A stretch of 64,000 bases of DNA from Alphaproteobacteria bacterium (GCA_965232515.1 CBDDPY010000002.1:672001-736000), one strand, 5' to 3'. Shown: positions 13,326-24,089, counted from the first letter of the stretch. Program-made: numbers and translations. Notes: generated by a model not told the origin, from the letters alone.

Positions 13326-15737
13326 GTGGCGTCCAGCGAGACGTTGGCTTTCGACGGACCGCTTGCGCAGGCATTGCGTCGTCAGCGCGACCCCGCGCTC
13401 GTGGTCGCGGCTGATATCAGGCGTGCCGGAAATCCGAAGATCTTGTTTGCAAACGATGCGTTTTGTCGGTTGCACGACCAGACCGGTGGGGACCTGGTTG
13501 GTCAGCCGATCGATGTGTTGTTCGGTCCGAACGGCGATCACCACGGCTTGCGCAAGATTACCTGGGCGGTTGCCGGCCGGCGGCCTTGCGAGTTCGAAGC
13601 CGAAGTTTATCGCCGGGACGGCTCCTCATTCGTAAGCGAACTGTCGGTGACGCCGGTTCTCAACGACGATGAGACGGCGTTGTGCTTCGTCGTCTCGGAA
13701 CGCGATATCACCGAGCGCCGCCGGGCCGAGATCCTGGCGGCGGGGCAGACGAAAATCCTCGAGCGCGTTGCCGCGCGGGCGCCATTGAGCGAAACGCTCC
13801 GTCAACTGGCCAAGATGGTCGAGTTGATGTCGGCGGACTATTTGGTGGCGATCCGCGTACTTGATGACGAGGGCAACGACCTCGTGCGGGTCGCGACCGA
13901 GCCATTGATGTCCAAGTGGACCGACAATAGCGGCCGCACGCCGAGATTAGAGGCGTTCCCGGTGAAGCAGGAGAGCCGTCGGGCCGGCATCTACATTCAT
14001 CGGGAAATGCACGACATCGCCTACCTGCCGTCCGGCGATGAGTTGCGGGAAGAGGGCGTGCGGCGCGCTTGGGTCAAACCGGTTGTCTCGGCGGCCGGTG
14101 CCGTGAACGGGGTGTTTGCCCTGCTGGCGAAACACGATCGTGAGCCCAACGATCACGAGCTCGATTTGATCGAGCTGGCCTCGCATCTGACGGCCGTCGC
14201 GATTGAAAGCAAATCCGGCGAACGAGCGCTCGGTCGTAGCGAGGAGCGGTTCCGGGATGTCGTCGAGGCCGTTTCGGACTGGATTTGGGAAACCAACGCG
14301 GAACACCGCCTGACCTTCGTTTCACCGGGACAGGAAGACCTTCTAGGACATGCGCCGTCCGATCTGTTGGGCAAGCGTGTGATGCGGTTCGTCCGACCGG
14401 CCGTCGGGCGCGGGCCGGCGATCGATCCCGATACGCATCAGTCGTTCAAGGACGTGTTTCTTGAAGTCGACGACACGAACGGCAACACCCATCGAATCCG
14501 GGTCAGTGGACGACCGGTATTCGCCGCCGACGGCAGTTTCGCCGGCTATCGCGGCGCCGCCAGCGATGTCACGCACGAGGAGGAAGTTGCCGCGCTCGCC
14601 CGGCTGGCGACCGAGCGCCTCAACATGGCGGTGGAGTCGATCGATCAGGGATTTCTGCTGTTCGACGCCGATGACCGGCTGGTAATCTGCAACAGCCGGG
14701 CCGGAGAGATCGTGCCGGAAATCGCCGACCTGCTGAAGCCGGGCATCAGCTTTACCGAAATCGTCCGCGCGGGCATCGCCCGCGACGTCTACGATTTGCC
14801 CGCCGAACGCCGCCGGACGGCCCTTGCTGCCCGGCTGGAGCGGCATCACAGCCCGCGCGGGCCATTCGAAATCCCGCTTCGCGACAGTCGCTGGCTGCGA
14901 GTTGATGAGCGAACGACGCGGGACGGTGGCGTCGTGGCCGTATGGACCGATATTACCGAGGCGAAACGTCGCGAGGTGGCGCTGCACGAGGCCAAAGACG
15001 CGGCCGAGCTGGCAAGTCGATCGAAGTCGGAATTCCTGGCCAACATCAGTCATGAACTGCGCACGCCGCTGAATGCGATCATTGGGTTTGCCGAGGTGAT
15101 GGACAAAGAGCTGTTCGGCATGCTCGGCAACGATCATTATCGGGACTACGTCCGCGATATCAGTGACAGTGGTCGCCATTTACTGCAGTTAATCAACGAC
15201 TTATTGGATGTTTCGAAGATCGAGGTTGGGCGGCTCGAAGTAGAGGACAGCGACCTGCAAATAGCCGGCGTGGTCGAAACCTGCGTTCGCATGGTGCGTG
15301 AGCGCGCCCGCAATGCCGATGTCGGCCTCAAGGTCGATGTCGCCCCGGATCTGCCGACGATTCGGGCCGACGAACGCAAACTGAAGCAGATCGTGCTGAA
15401 TCTGCTGTCGAATGCGGTGAAATTCACGCCGGCGGGCGGGCATATCTGGGCCAGCGCCATGGCCAACGCCGACGGCGGCGTGACGATCATCGTCAAGGAC
15501 GATGGAATTGGCATCGCCGCCGACGATATTCCCGAGGCGTTGAACGTCTTTGGCCAAATCGACGGCAGCCTCAGCCGCAAGTACGAGGGCGCGGGACTTG
15601 GCCTGCCGCTGTCCAAGGCGCTGACCGAGCTGCATGGCGGCCAGCTCGATATTCATTCGGTCATCGGCAGCGGCACGGAAGTCTTTGTCCACCTGCCGGC
15701 CGACCGCGTTGTTGGCGAGGCCGTTGCCGCGCAATAG
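13326..15737 (+). CDS. Soluble PAS-GAF-PAS-PAS sensor histidine kinase, PleC/DivJ-like
   Basis: H-box FLANISHELRTPLNAIIGFAE, N-box KQIVLNLLSNAVKFT, DDGIG, GAGLGLPL; no obvious TM segments. Confidence 0.92.
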   Translation: MASSETLAFDGPLAQALRRQRDPALVVAADIRRAGNPKILFANDAFCRLHDQTGGDLVGQPIDVLFGPNGDHHGLRKITWAVAGRRPCEFEAEVYRRDGSSFVSELSVTPVLNDDETALCFVVSERDITERRRAEILAAGQTKILERVAARAPLSETLRQLAKMVELMSADYLVAIRVLDDEGNDLVRVATEPLMSKWTDNSGRTPRLEAFPVKQESRRAGIYIHREMHDIAYLPSGDELREEGVRRAWVKPVVSAAGAVNGVFALLAKHDREPNDHELDLIELASHLTAVAIESKSGERALGRSEERFRDVVEAVSDWIWETNAEHRLTFVSPGQEDLLGHAPSDLLGKRVMRFVRPAVGRGPAIDPDTHQSFKDVFLEVDDTNGNTHRIRVSGRPVFAADGSFAGYRGAASDVTHEEEVAALARLATERLNMAVESIDQGFLLFDADDRLVICNSRAGEIVPEIADLLKPGISFTEIVRAGIARDVYDLPAERRRTALAARLERHHSPRGPFEIPLRDSRWLRVDERTTRDGGVVAVWTDITEAKRREVALHEAKDAAELASRSKSEFLANISHELRTPLNAIIGFAEVMDKELFGMLGNDHYRDYVRDISDSGRHLLQLINDLLDVSKIEVGRLEVEDSDLQIAGVVETCVRMVRERARNADVGLKVDVAPDLPTIRADERKLKQIVLNLLSNAVKFTPAGGHIWASAMANADGGVTIIVKDDGIGIAADDIPEALNVFGQIDGSLSRKYEGAGLGLPLSKALTELHGGQLDIHSVIGSGTEVFVHLPADRVVGEAVAAQ

Positions 15738-15738
15738 C

Positions 15739-16032
15739 ATGTCCGCTATGCGGTACACCATTTCAGTTCGAATTTCTGGCCGGGTCCAAGGCGTTGGATT
15801 CCGTTACTGGGCGTCAGAGCGGGCGCGGGCGCTCAAGCTCGACGGTTGGGTCCGAAACCGGCACAACGGCAGCGTCGAATTACGTATCAGCGGTGAACGC
15901 GCGGCCGTCGAGCAGATGATCGCCGATTGTCGCGAAGGACCGCCCGCCGCAGAGGTCAGTAAGTTCGAGACGGTTCGGAGACAGCCACCCGAGGAGGTTT
16001 CCTCGGGTTTCGATATTCGCGAGACGGTCTGA
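15739..16032 (+). CDS. acyP: Acylphosphatase
   Basis: ISGRVQGVGFR, LDGWVRN..GSVE, GPPAAEV; start 15739 or 15748. Confidence 0.93.
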   Translation: MSAMRYTISVRISGRVQGVGFRYWASERARALKLDGWVRNRHNGSVELRISGERAAVEQMIADCREGPPAAEVSKFETVRRQPPEEVSSGFDIRETV

Positions 16033-16034
16033 CG

Positions 16035-16754
16035 CTAGAAAGCTGCGTCGCCGGATATGAGTTTGACAGGCCCAAATATGTTTTCGAACGTAATTTGCAG
16101 TTCTGAATCGACTTCCGCCATTGTGATTGGAATGCCGAGGTCGACTAGTGACGTCACACCGTATTCACGAATACCGCAGGGAACAATACCGTCATAGTGG
16201 GCGAGATCCGGTTCGACGTTCAGCGATATGCCGTGATAGCTGACCCAGCGCCGGACCCGTACGCCAACGGCGGCAATCTTGTCCTCGCGGCCATGCCCGC
16301 GGTCGATCCAGACGCCGACCCGGCCATTCCGGCGTTCGCCGCGCAGGTTGAACCGTGCCAACGTCTCTATGAGCCAGCGCTCGAGGTCATAAACGAAGGC
16401 GCGTAGATCCGCCCCGCGGCGCCGTAGGTCGAGCATCACATAACAGACACGCTGTCCTGGCCCGTGATAGGTGTATTGCCCACCGCGCCCTGTTCGTATT
16501 ACGGGAAGTTTTTCCGATTCGAGCAAATCTTCCGGGCGCGCGCTGGTGCCGGCGGTGTAGAGCGGGGGATGTTCCAACAGCCAAACGGTCTCTGGCGCGG
16601 TGCCGGCTCGAATCGCGGCGACGCGCGCTTCCATGCTGGCGACCGCCTGCCGGTAGTCGACCGGCGCATCGCTGACCTGCCAGGCCACGTAGGGGAATGG
16701 CCTCGACCGGTCGCCGAGGTCGGGCCGTTCGGCCGTTTTTGCATGGTTAACCAA
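16035..16754 (-). CDS. lipB: Octanoyltransferase (lipoate-protein ligase B)
   Basis: [45 protein letters not shown]; start estimated at TTG 16754. Confidence 0.96.
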   Translation of the reverse strand: MVNHAKTAERPDLGDRSRPFPYVAWQVSDAPVDYRQAVASMEARVAAIRAGTAPETVWLLEHPPLYTAGTSARPEDLLESEKLPVIRTGRGGQYTYHGPGQRVCYVMLDLRRRGADLRAFVYDLERWLIETLARFNLRGERRNGRVGVWIDRGHGREDKIAAVGVRVRRWVSYHGISLNVEPDLAHYDGIVPCGIREYGVTSLVDLGIPITMAEVDSELQITFENIFGPVKLISGDAAF

Positions 16755-16762
16755 TGCATAAC
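16747..16762 (+). promoter_or_regulatory. CtrA-box-like site upstream of FliN-like gene
   Basis: TTAA-ccaatgc-ATAAC, one mismatch to TTAA-N7-TTAAC; overlaps ATGGTTAA (reverse TTAACCAT). Confidence 0.5.
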
Positions 16763-16811
16763 CCCGACGTGGCATTGATCGTGGCTGGCGACATTCCGCG
16801 GATGTGTTCCG

Positions 16812-17048
16812 ATGAGCGCTGTCGAAGACGTTAGCATAGAAATATCGGTGGTTATTGGCACGTCGACAATGCCGATCCACCAGCTGCTGAAGATGGGCCG
16901 TGGCGCCGTCATCGAGCTCGACGCGGGTGTCGACGACTATGCCTGGATCTTCGCCAACAACCGTCTGGTGGCGCGTGGCGAAATCGTCGTCAACGGCGAG
17001 AATGTCTCGGTCCAGATCGTCGAAACCATCGATCATGAGGGCGCCTGA
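16812..17048 (+). CDS. Stand-alone FliM/FliN (SpoA) C-terminal domain protein
   Basis: [43 protein letters not shown] matches the FliN/SpoA pattern. Confidence 0.88.
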   Translation: MSAVEDVSIEISVVIGTSTMPIHQLLKMGRGAVIELDAGVDDYAWIFANNRLVARGEIVVNGENVSVQIVETIDHEGA

Positions 17049-17126
17049 GCCCGGTGACGTGAAATCCGGCCGGACCGACTGCCGCGCTTGCGGCCTTTCA
17101 TGTCATTTGCTACATGCAGGTCGAGA

Positions 17127-17213
17127 GCGGTCGTGGCGGAATTGGTAGACGCGCAGCGTTGAGGTCGCTGTGGGGGAGACCCCGTGGAAGTTCGAGTCTT
17201 CTCGACCGCACCA
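17127..17213 (+). tRNA. tRNA-Leu(GAG)
   Basis: GCGGTCG acceptor stem pairs with CGACCGC-ACCA; D-loop GGAATTGGTAGAC; anticodon arm CAGCG-TTGAGGT-CGCTG; long variable arm; T-loop GTTCGAGT. Confidence 0.98.
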
Positions 17214-17218
17214 TCTTG

Positions 17219-17257
17219 AAACCCGTGGGTAACTGCCTGCGGGTTTTGCATTTTTTG
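17219..17257 (+). terminator. Putative terminator after tRNA-Leu
   Basis: AAACCCGTGGGT-aact-GCCTGCGGGTTT stem (with G-U pairs) followed by T-rich tract. Confidence 0.7.
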
Positions 17258-17332
17258 GGTCCGCGTCAGACCGCCGTCACGGTAAGGTACGCGAGGGGCG
17301 CATCAAAACTAATACGTTAAGGGGGAGGCCGA

Positions 17333-19642
17333 ATGTCCGACGAACTCGACCGCATGGCCATCGAGTACCACCGCTGGCCCACGCCGGGAAAACTCAGTGT
17401 CACGCCGACGACCAGGCTTTCGAACCAGCGCGACCTGTCGCTGGCCTATTCGCCGGGCGTCGCGGCCGCCTGCAATCTGATCGCCGACGATCCCGCCGAG
17501 GCGGCGACGGTCACGGCGCGGGCCAATCTTGTCGCGGTAATCTCGAACGGCACCGCGGTGCTGGGCCTCGGCGATATCGGTCCGCTGGCATCGAAGCCGG
17601 TGATGGAGGGCAAGGCGGTCCTGTTCAAGAAATTCGCCGGCATTGACGTATTCGACATTGAGGTCGATGAGACCGATCCCGAAAAGCTGGTCGAGATCGT
17701 CGCCGCGCTCGAACCCACGTTCGGCGGTGTCAATCTCGAGGACATCAAGGCGCCTGACTGCTTCATCGTTGAGGAGAAATGCCGGGAGCGCATGAAAATC
17801 CCGGTTTTCCACGATGACCAGCACGGCACCGCGATTTGCGTCGCCGCGGCCGTCTACAACGGCCTGCGCCTTGTGGAGAAGAGTGAAGGCGATGCGCGCG
17901 TGGTCTGCAGCGGTGCCGGCGCGGCCGCGTTGGCGTGCCTCAATCAGCTCGTGAGCCTCGGGATCAAGCTGGAAAACATCCTGGTCTGCGATCGCAATGG
18001 CGTCGTCCACAAAGGCCGGAACGAGGGCATGGATCCCTACAAGGAGCGCTTCGCGGTCGAGACCGACTTGCGGACGCTGGATGAGGCGATCGACGGCGCC
18101 GATATCTTCCTGGGACTGTCGGGACCAGGCGTGCTCACGCCGGATATGGTCAAGAAGATGGCCGATAAGCCGCTGATCCTGGCGCTCGCCAACCCGACGC
18201 CCGAGATTCTGCCGGAAGATGCAATGGCGGTGCGGCCCGACGCCATCATCGCCACCGGCCGGTCCGATTATCCCAACCAGGTCAACAACGTCCTGTGCTT
18301 CCCGTTCCTTTTCCGCGGGGCGCTCGACTGCGGCGCATCGGAAATCAACGAGGAGATGAAGCTCGCCTGCGTGAAGGCGATTGGCGATCTGGCGATGGCC
18401 GAGGCGTCGGATGTGGTGGCGACCGCCTATGCCGGCAGTTCGCTGTCGTTCGGACCGGAATACATCATTCCCAAGCCGTTCGATCCGCGGCTGATTTTGT
18501 CGATCGCCCCAGCCGTGGCTCAAGCCGCCATGGACAGCGGCGTGGCGACCCGGCCGATCGCCGATATGGAAGCTTATCGCCGCAGTCTCACCGGCTATGT
18601 CTATCGCACCGGATTCGCCATGAAGCCGATGTTCGACAGCGCCCGCGAAGAAAAGCATCGCGTGGTCTATGCCGAAGGTGAGGAAGACCGGGTGTTGCGG
18701 GCGATTCAGATCGCGGTCGACGACGGTCTGGTCGAACCGTGCGTCGTCGGCCGGCCGGCTGTTGTTGAGGCAATGATCAAGGAACTGGGCCTGCGGTTGC
18801 GCCCGGGCGACGATCTCGAGATTGTCGATCCGGCCGACAATCCCAATCTCGACGCCTTCGCCGAGCGTTACCACGAAATCATGGCGCGCAGCGGCATTGC
18901 GCCGGATTTCGGGCGGACGATGGTGCGCACGCGCTCGACGCTGACTGCGGCCCTGATGCTCGATGCCGGCCAGGTCGATGCCATGATCTGCGGGTCATAC
19001 GGCCGCTTCGACCAGCACTATCAGCATGTCATGGACGTGATCGGTCTGCGCGACGGTGTGACCGACGCCTCGGCGCTGGAATTGCTGATTCTGGACGAGG
19101 CCTCGGTGTTCATCTGCGATACCGCGGTGACCTATCGTCCCAGCGCCGACCAGATCGCCGAAATGACAGTTTTGGCGGCAGATCACGTCCGCCGGTTCGG
19201 CATCACGCCGAAAGTCGCCTTGCTGTCCCACTCGGATTTCGGCTCGGCGCAGTCGCGGTCGGCGCGACGGATGCGCCACGCGCGCCAGTTGCTGAAGAAG
19301 ATCGCGCCCGACCTCGAGGTGGACGGCGAGATGCGGGCAGATACGGCGTTGCTCGCCCATCTTCGGCAGCGCATTTTCCCGGGCGCCGAGCTCGAGGGCG
19401 CGGCCAATCTGCTGGTCATGCCGTCGCTCGACGCGGCGAACATCGCGTTCAATACCGCAAAGGCGCTGGGCAATGGCATTTCGGTCGGCCCAATGATGAT
19501 CGGCCTCGCCAAGCCGGCCCACATCGTCAGTCCGTCCATCACGGTTCGTGGCCTGGTCAATATGACGGCGATCGCCGCCGTCGATGCGCGGGCCTTTGCA
19601 CGAGGAGATGTGCCCAGCGCGCCGTTGCGGCAGTCGGCCTGA
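17333..19642 (+). CDS. maeB: NADP-dependent malic enzyme with C-terminal phosphotransacetylase-like domain
   Basis: [40 protein letters not shown]-terminal [21 protein letters not shown]. Confidence 0.97.
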   Translation: MSDELDRMAIEYHRWPTPGKLSVTPTTRLSNQRDLSLAYSPGVAAACNLIADDPAEAATVTARANLVAVISNGTAVLGLGDIGPLASKPVMEGKAVLFKKFAGIDVFDIEVDETDPEKLVEIVAALEPTFGGVNLEDIKAPDCFIVEEKCRERMKIPVFHDDQHGTAICVAAAVYNGLRLVEKSEGDARVVCSGAGAAALACLNQLVSLGIKLENILVCDRNGVVHKGRNEGMDPYKERFAVETDLRTLDEAIDGADIFLGLSGPGVLTPDMVKKMADKPLILALANPTPEILPEDAMAVRPDAIIATGRSDYPNQVNNVLCFPFLFRGALDCGASEINEEMKLACVKAIGDLAMAEASDVVATAYAGSSLSFGPEYIIPKPFDPRLILSIAPAVAQAAMDSGVATRPIADMEAYRRSLTGYVYRTGFAMKPMFDSAREEKHRVVYAEGEEDRVLRAIQIAVDDGLVEPCVVGRPAVVEAMIKELGLRLRPGDDLEIVDPADNPNLDAFAERYHEIMARSGIAPDFGRTMVRTRSTLTAALMLDAGQVDAMICGSYGRFDQHYQHVMDVIGLRDGVTDASALELLILDEASVFICDTAVTYRPSADQIAEMTVLAADHVRRFGITPKVALLSHSDFGSAQSRSARRMRHARQLLKKIAPDLEVDGEMRADTALLAHLRQRIFPGAELEGAANLLVMPSLDAANIAFNTAKALGNGISVGPMMIGLAKPAHIVSPSITVRGLVNMTAIAAVDARAFARGDVPSAPLRQSA

Positions 19643-19749
19643 CCGCCGCGGCCGAAGATCGCCGAAATCGGCGTCCTGTAAGGGATTTGTTTACGTTTCC
19701 GCAACCACTGGTCGGCTATCCTCTCGATTGACCCCGGGGGGATTGCCGA

Positions 19750-20313
19750 ATGCGGCCCACATCACGACCAAACCTGCGAAGCTGGCGCTGCCTGACCAGG
19801 ATCGGTTCGGCCGCGTTGACCATGGCTCTGCTGCCCGTCGGCATCGCCGATGCCGGCAAATGGCCGATCGACAGCTACAGCGGCGCGCCCATTGCCGCGC
19901 GGGCGCCGCAAGCGCCGGCGGCCGTGCAGGTCCGGTTCAACGATGCAGCGCCGCTGCCTGCCCCGATCGATGAAATAGCTCTCACACCGCCGGCGGCTTC
20001 TGATCCCGGCGATACCTATCTGCTGTTCGCCGACGGCTTTTATGCCCGGAACGAGACCTCTTCCTGGATGCCTTATCTGATGTTCGGCAAGGAAGAGAGG
20101 GACGGCAGCGGTGTCGGTGGGAGCGCAGGCAATCTGACATCGGGCGCCGAGCCGGAACTGCGCCTCGGTATCGGTCTGCACAGGCGGCTGATCGATCGGA
20201 TGGACCTGACCGTCGGTTACCGCGCGGAGTATCGCGGGCCGAGCGTTATCGAAGATGACGATATTGCGCCCGTCGACCACAATTTCGGCCTTCGGCTGCG
20301 CTACCGCTTCTAA
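19750..20313 (+). CDS. Hypothetical exported protein with beta-barrel-like C-terminus
   Basis: Hydrophobic segment AALTMALLPVGIADA, alternating strands MDLTVGYRAEY and HNFGLRLRYRF with terminal Phe; start uncertain. Confidence 0.65.
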   Translation: MRPTSRPNLRSWRCLTRIGSAALTMALLPVGIADAGKWPIDSYSGAPIAARAPQAPAAVQVRFNDAAPLPAPIDEIALTPPAASDPGDTYLLFADGFYARNETSSWMPYLMFGKEERDGSGVGGSAGNLTSGAEPELRLGIGLHRRLIDRMDLTVGYRAEYRGPSVIEDDDIAPVDHNFGLRLRYRF

Positions 20314-20414
20314 GGCCTGAATAAACCGACCCCTTCATCGTTGGGCCGGTTGCGGGTTTCCCCGCAGTCGGGCAGAAAGGTCGCGCCTTTTCACAAACGG
20401 CGTGGTCGCCTGCC

Positions 20415-21809
20415 ATGAGCGAACAGCCCGCAGAGACCCAAGATCCGCAGGCGCAGCTGGACGACATCTACGCCGTCAATCCGGACTTCGTGCGCGACGT
20501 GCGCACGCTGCTCGATCGTGGCGCGGCGGACGGCGTCCGACGGCTTGTGCTGCCGCTGCACGTGGCTGACATCGCCGACCTCGTCGACCTGCTGCCCCGC
20601 GACGAACGCACGACTCTGCTCGACTGTTTGGGTGACGATCTCGATCCCGCGGTGCTGACCGAGGTCGAGGAATCCGTCCTCCAGGATCTGCTGCCGGAGT
20701 TGGCGCCATCGGCGCTGGCCCGGGCGGTGACGGAGCTCGACACCGATGACGGCGTATATCTGGTCGATCACCTGGATGAAGACCAGCGCGAAGCGATCCT
20801 GCGGGCGGTGCCGGCGCCGGACCGGATCGCCGTCCAGGAAGCGCTCGATTTTCCCGAGGACAGCGCCGGCCGCCTCATGCAGCGCGATTTCATCGCGGTG
20901 CCCGCCTACTGGACCGTCGGCCAGGTGATCGACTACTGCCGCGACACCGAGGACCTGCCGGACGAGTTCTACAGCATCTTCGTCATCGATCCGCGCTACC
21001 GGCCGATCGGCCATGTTCCGCTGAACCGGGTGCTGCGCACGCGCCGTCCGGTCGTGGTCCGGCAGATCATGGAGGAGGAGACCCAGCTTATCCCGCTGGA
21101 GATGGACCAGGAGGAGGTGGCGTTCCTGTTCCAGCAGTACGACCTGGCCTCGGCGCCGGTGGTGGACGAATATGGCCGTCTGGCCGGCGCCATCACCTTC
21201 GACGACGTCGCCGACGTGATCGAGGAGGAGGCCGAGGAAGACATGTTGAGGTTGGGCGGCGTCGCCGGCGAGTCCGATCTTTATGACACGGTCATGCGCA
21301 CGACGCGGACCCGGTTCACCTGGCTGCTGGTCAATCTCGGCACGGCCATCGTCGCCTCGCTGGTGATCGCGCTCTTCGACACCACGATCGACCGGATCGT
21401 CGCGCTGGCGATCCTGATGCCGATCGTCGCCTCGATGGGCGGCAACGCCGGCACCCAGACGCTGACCGTCGCCGTTCGCGCGCTCGCCACGCACGAACTC
21501 ACGGCCACGAACGCCATGCGCATCGTCGTCAAGGAGGTGCTGGTCGGCGGCCTGAACGGCGTTTTCTTCGCCGCGCTGATGGGGGTGATCGCCGGCCTGT
21601 GGTTCAGCGATCCCATGCTCGGCGGCGTCATCGCGGCCGCCATGGTCATCAACCTGGTGGTGGCGGGCCTGTTCGGCACGTTGATCCCGCTGGGCTGTCA
21701 ACGCTTCGGCGTCGATCCGGCCATCGCGGCGAGCGTGTTCCTGACGACGATCACCGACGTGATCGGCTTCTTCGCATTTCTGGGTCTTGCGGCGCTGATC
21801 CTGATCTAA
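20415..21809 (+). CDS. mgtE: Magnesium transporter MgtE
   Basis: N-domain, CBS pair (DSAGRLMQ, APVVD..GRLAG), TM region PIVASMGGNAGTQ, DPAIAASVFLTTITD. Confidence 0.97.
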   Translation: MSEQPAETQDPQAQLDDIYAVNPDFVRDVRTLLDRGAADGVRRLVLPLHVADIADLVDLLPRDERTTLLDCLGDDLDPAVLTEVEESVLQDLLPELAPSALARAVTELDTDDGVYLVDHLDEDQREAILRAVPAPDRIAVQEALDFPEDSAGRLMQRDFIAVPAYWTVGQVIDYCRDTEDLPDEFYSIFVIDPRYRPIGHVPLNRVLRTRRPVVVRQIMEEETQLIPLEMDQEEVAFLFQQYDLASAPVVDEYGRLAGAITFDDVADVIEEEAEEDMLRLGGVAGESDLYDTVMRTTRTRFTWLLVNLGTAIVASLVIALFDTTIDRIVALAILMPIVASMGGNAGTQTLTVAVRALATHELTATNAMRIVVKEVLVGGLNGVFFAALMGVIAGLWFSDPMLGGVIAAAMVINLVVAGLFGTLIPLGCQRFGVDPAIAASVFLTTITDVIGFFAFLGLAALILI

Positions 21810-21817
21810 CCGCCGGA

Positions 21818-22714
21818 TCAGTGGGCGAAGACGAGCCGGTGGTCCGACGGACCGCCGTGCCAGCGCCAGTTGGCCGCGTGGTCGGCGAGCGCCATGACGT
21901 CGTCCTGTTCGTTGTCGGCGTCGTACGCGATGCCGACGAGACGCTGCAGATTAACGCCGTCGACCGGCAACATCGCCACGCCCGGCGCTTGGAACGACAT
22001 CGGCATCAGGCAGAATCCCAATCCGGCGCCAACCAGCGCCAGCGCACGCTCATCATGTTGCGTTCGGAAAACGATTCGGGGACGGATCCCGCGGCGCACA
22101 AGCTCGCGGCGCGCGGCCGTCAGGAACTCGTCATGTGTCCGGACAATTAGCGGTCGTTCGTGCAGATCTTCGGGGCGGAACGCCGGCCGACGGGCAAGGG
22201 CATGATCCGCCGGCAGCGCCATGCCGAGCCGCTCCGAATAGAGGCGTCGAAAGCCGCGTCGCTGCGATTGCGGACGACGGATCGTGATTGCCACGTCCAG
22301 GCGATCCTGGCGCAAACGCTCATCGATCTCGGCGACCGTCGCCTGGACAAGTTCGAGGTCCAGCGTGGGATTGGCGCGGCAAAAGGCGCCGAGCATGGCT
22401 GCAATGGTGTCGAACCGCAGCGTGGTCAGGATACCGATCCTGAGCCTGGACGTCGGGTGCGCGGTACTGAGGTCCGCCTCAGCCGCGCGGACTTCGCGCA
22501 GGATAGCCCGGGCCCTGGGCATGAAGCGCTCGCCGTCAACGGTCAATTGCACTTTGCGGGCGCTCCGATCGAACAGGCGTGCGCCCAGGCCGTCCTCAAG
22601 CTTACGTATCCCGGCGGAGAGGGTCGGCTGCGTCACGAAAACCCGTTGCGCCGCGCCGGTGAACGAGCCGGTCTCGGCAACGGCCAGGAAATAGCGGATC
22701 TGGTAGATGTCCAT
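21818..22714 (-). CDS. LysR family transcriptional regulator
   Basis: MDIYQIRYFLAVAETGSFTGAAQRVFVTQPTLSAGIRKLE HTH; divergent from enoyl-CoA hydratase gene. Confidence 0.95.
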   Translation of the reverse strand: MDIYQIRYFLAVAETGSFTGAAQRVFVTQPTLSAGIRKLEDGLGARLFDRSARKVQLTVDGERFMPRARAILREVRAAEADLSTAHPTSRLRIGILTTLRFDTIAAMLGAFCRANPTLDLELVQATVAEIDERLRQDRLDVAITIRRPQSQRRGFRRLYSERLGMALPADHALARRPAFRPEDLHERPLIVRTHDEFLTAARRELVRRGIRPRIVFRTQHDERALALVGAGLGFCLMPMSFQAPGVAMLPVDGVNLQRLVGIAYDADNEQDDVMALADHAANWRWHGGPSDHRLVFAH

Positions 22715-22824
22715 GCATAGAGGATATCAATAGATCGAACAAAAATAATCGACTTCTTATATGCATTGGCGACACCTAAGGTTTTATCCGGACTGAGCGG
22801 TGTCACGTTCGATGAGGGGTCGCG

Positions 22825-23637
22825 ATGACGATGGACGACAAAACGGCAAATCCGGTCCTGATCGACCGACGCGGCGCCGTGGCGACGATCACGCTCAATC
22901 GCCCGGGCGCTTACAACGCCATCGATCGGCCGACGGCGAACGCGCTCCTGGATGCGCTTATTGTCTGCGACCAGGACAGCGCCATTCGCTGTGTCCTGAT
23001 TACAGGCAGCGGGCACGCGTTTTGCGCCGGCGGCGACATCAAGGCGATGCAAGCGGCCGGGCGTCGGGACGAGACGCCCGGCACTTTCTTCAAGCAGCTG
23101 ACCGTGCCGGTGCATGCCATCGTGGCGACCATTGTTCACATGGAAAAGCCCGTGATAACGGCGGTGAACGGTGCGGCCGCAGGCGTCGGGTTCGGTTTTG
23201 CCCTGGCCGGCGACCTGATCCTCGCGGCGCGCGGCGCGACCTTCACCATGGCTTATTCGGCGATCGGCTTGGCGCCCGATGGCAGCACGACATTTTTCCT
23301 GCCGCGGCTCGTCGGCCCAAAGCGGGCGTATGAGTTGATCTGTCTCAACGAACCGCTATCGGCGGAAGCTGCCCGGTCGGCCGGCATCGTGAACCGGGTG
23401 TTCGACGACGACGGATTCTTGGACGCGGCCCGGAACTATGCCGAGACCATCGCTGCCGGGCCGACGGCAGCACTCGCTGCCGCCAAGCGTCTGGTCGGTC
23501 AGAGCATGACATCGGCCCTCGAGGCGCAGATGGAGCGGGAGCGGCAAGCCATCGCGGCCTGCGCCGGCACGGCCGACTTCCAGCACGGCATAGCGTCGTT
23601 TCTCGAGAAACGACGCCCGGAGTTCGGAGGATGCTGA
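22825..23637 (+). CDS. Enoyl-CoA hydratase/isomerase (PaaG-like)
   Basis: TITLNRP, AFCAGGDIK, KPVITAVNGAAAGVG, IGLAPDGSTTFFLPRLVG. Confidence 0.93.
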   Translation: MTMDDKTANPVLIDRRGAVATITLNRPGAYNAIDRPTANALLDALIVCDQDSAIRCVLITGSGHAFCAGGDIKAMQAAGRRDETPGTFFKQLTVPVHAIVATIVHMEKPVITAVNGAAAGVGFGFALAGDLILAARGATFTMAYSAIGLAPDGSTTFFLPRLVGPKRAYELICLNEPLSAEAARSAGIVNRVFDDDGFLDAARNYAETIAAGPTAALAAAKRLVGQSMTSALEAQMERERQAIAACAGTADFQHGIASFLEKRRPEFGGC

Positions 23638-24089
23638 ACGGTGGTTTCGAGCCGAAGGATCCCGCTTTCGCGGACAAGATCCGTGACGGGTTCGACGGTC
23701 AGGCCTTCATGCACACGATCGGCGCCAGTTTGTCGAAGCTCGCGCCGGGCGCGGTCGAACTGACATTGCCCTATCGCGAAGACCTGACCCAGCAGCACGG
23801 CTTCATCCATGGCGGGCTGGTGGCGACGCTCGCCGACAATGCCGCCGGCGGGGCCGCGGCGACGCTGCTGCCCGACGGCTGGTCGCTGCTAACGGCCGAG
23901 TTCAAGATCAATCTACTGGCCCCGGCCGAGGGCGATCGTCTCGTCGCACGCGCCGAAGTCGTGCGCCCCGGCCGATTGAGCGTCTGCCGGTCGGACGTGT
24001 TCGCCGTACAGTCCGACGCCGAGACGCTGTGCGCGACCGCGCTGGTGACGCTTATGAGCTCTGCGCCGCGGCCTGAACGTTCGATCTGA
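23631..24089 (+). CDS. PaaI family hotdog thioesterase
   Basis: QQHGFIHGGLVATLADNAAG, TAEFKINLLAPA. Confidence 0.92.
   Translation: MLNGGFEPKDPAFADKIRDGFDGQAFMHTIGASLSKLAPGAVELTLPYREDLTQQHGFIHGGLVATLADNAAGGAAATLLPDGWSLLTAEFKINLLAPAEGDRLVARAEVVRPGRLSVCRSDVFAVQSDAETLCATALVTLMSSAPRPERSI

Noticed and set aside
19689-19706. GTTTACGTTTCCGCAACC resembling a LiuR (MerR-type) box
   Set aside because: Only one good half-site, and it is not upstream of the liu-type genes; could be chance
17127-20414. Possible integrative element at tRNA-Leu carrying maeB and the OMP-like gene
   Set aside because: No integrase, no duplicated tRNA 3' end seen, host-like composition
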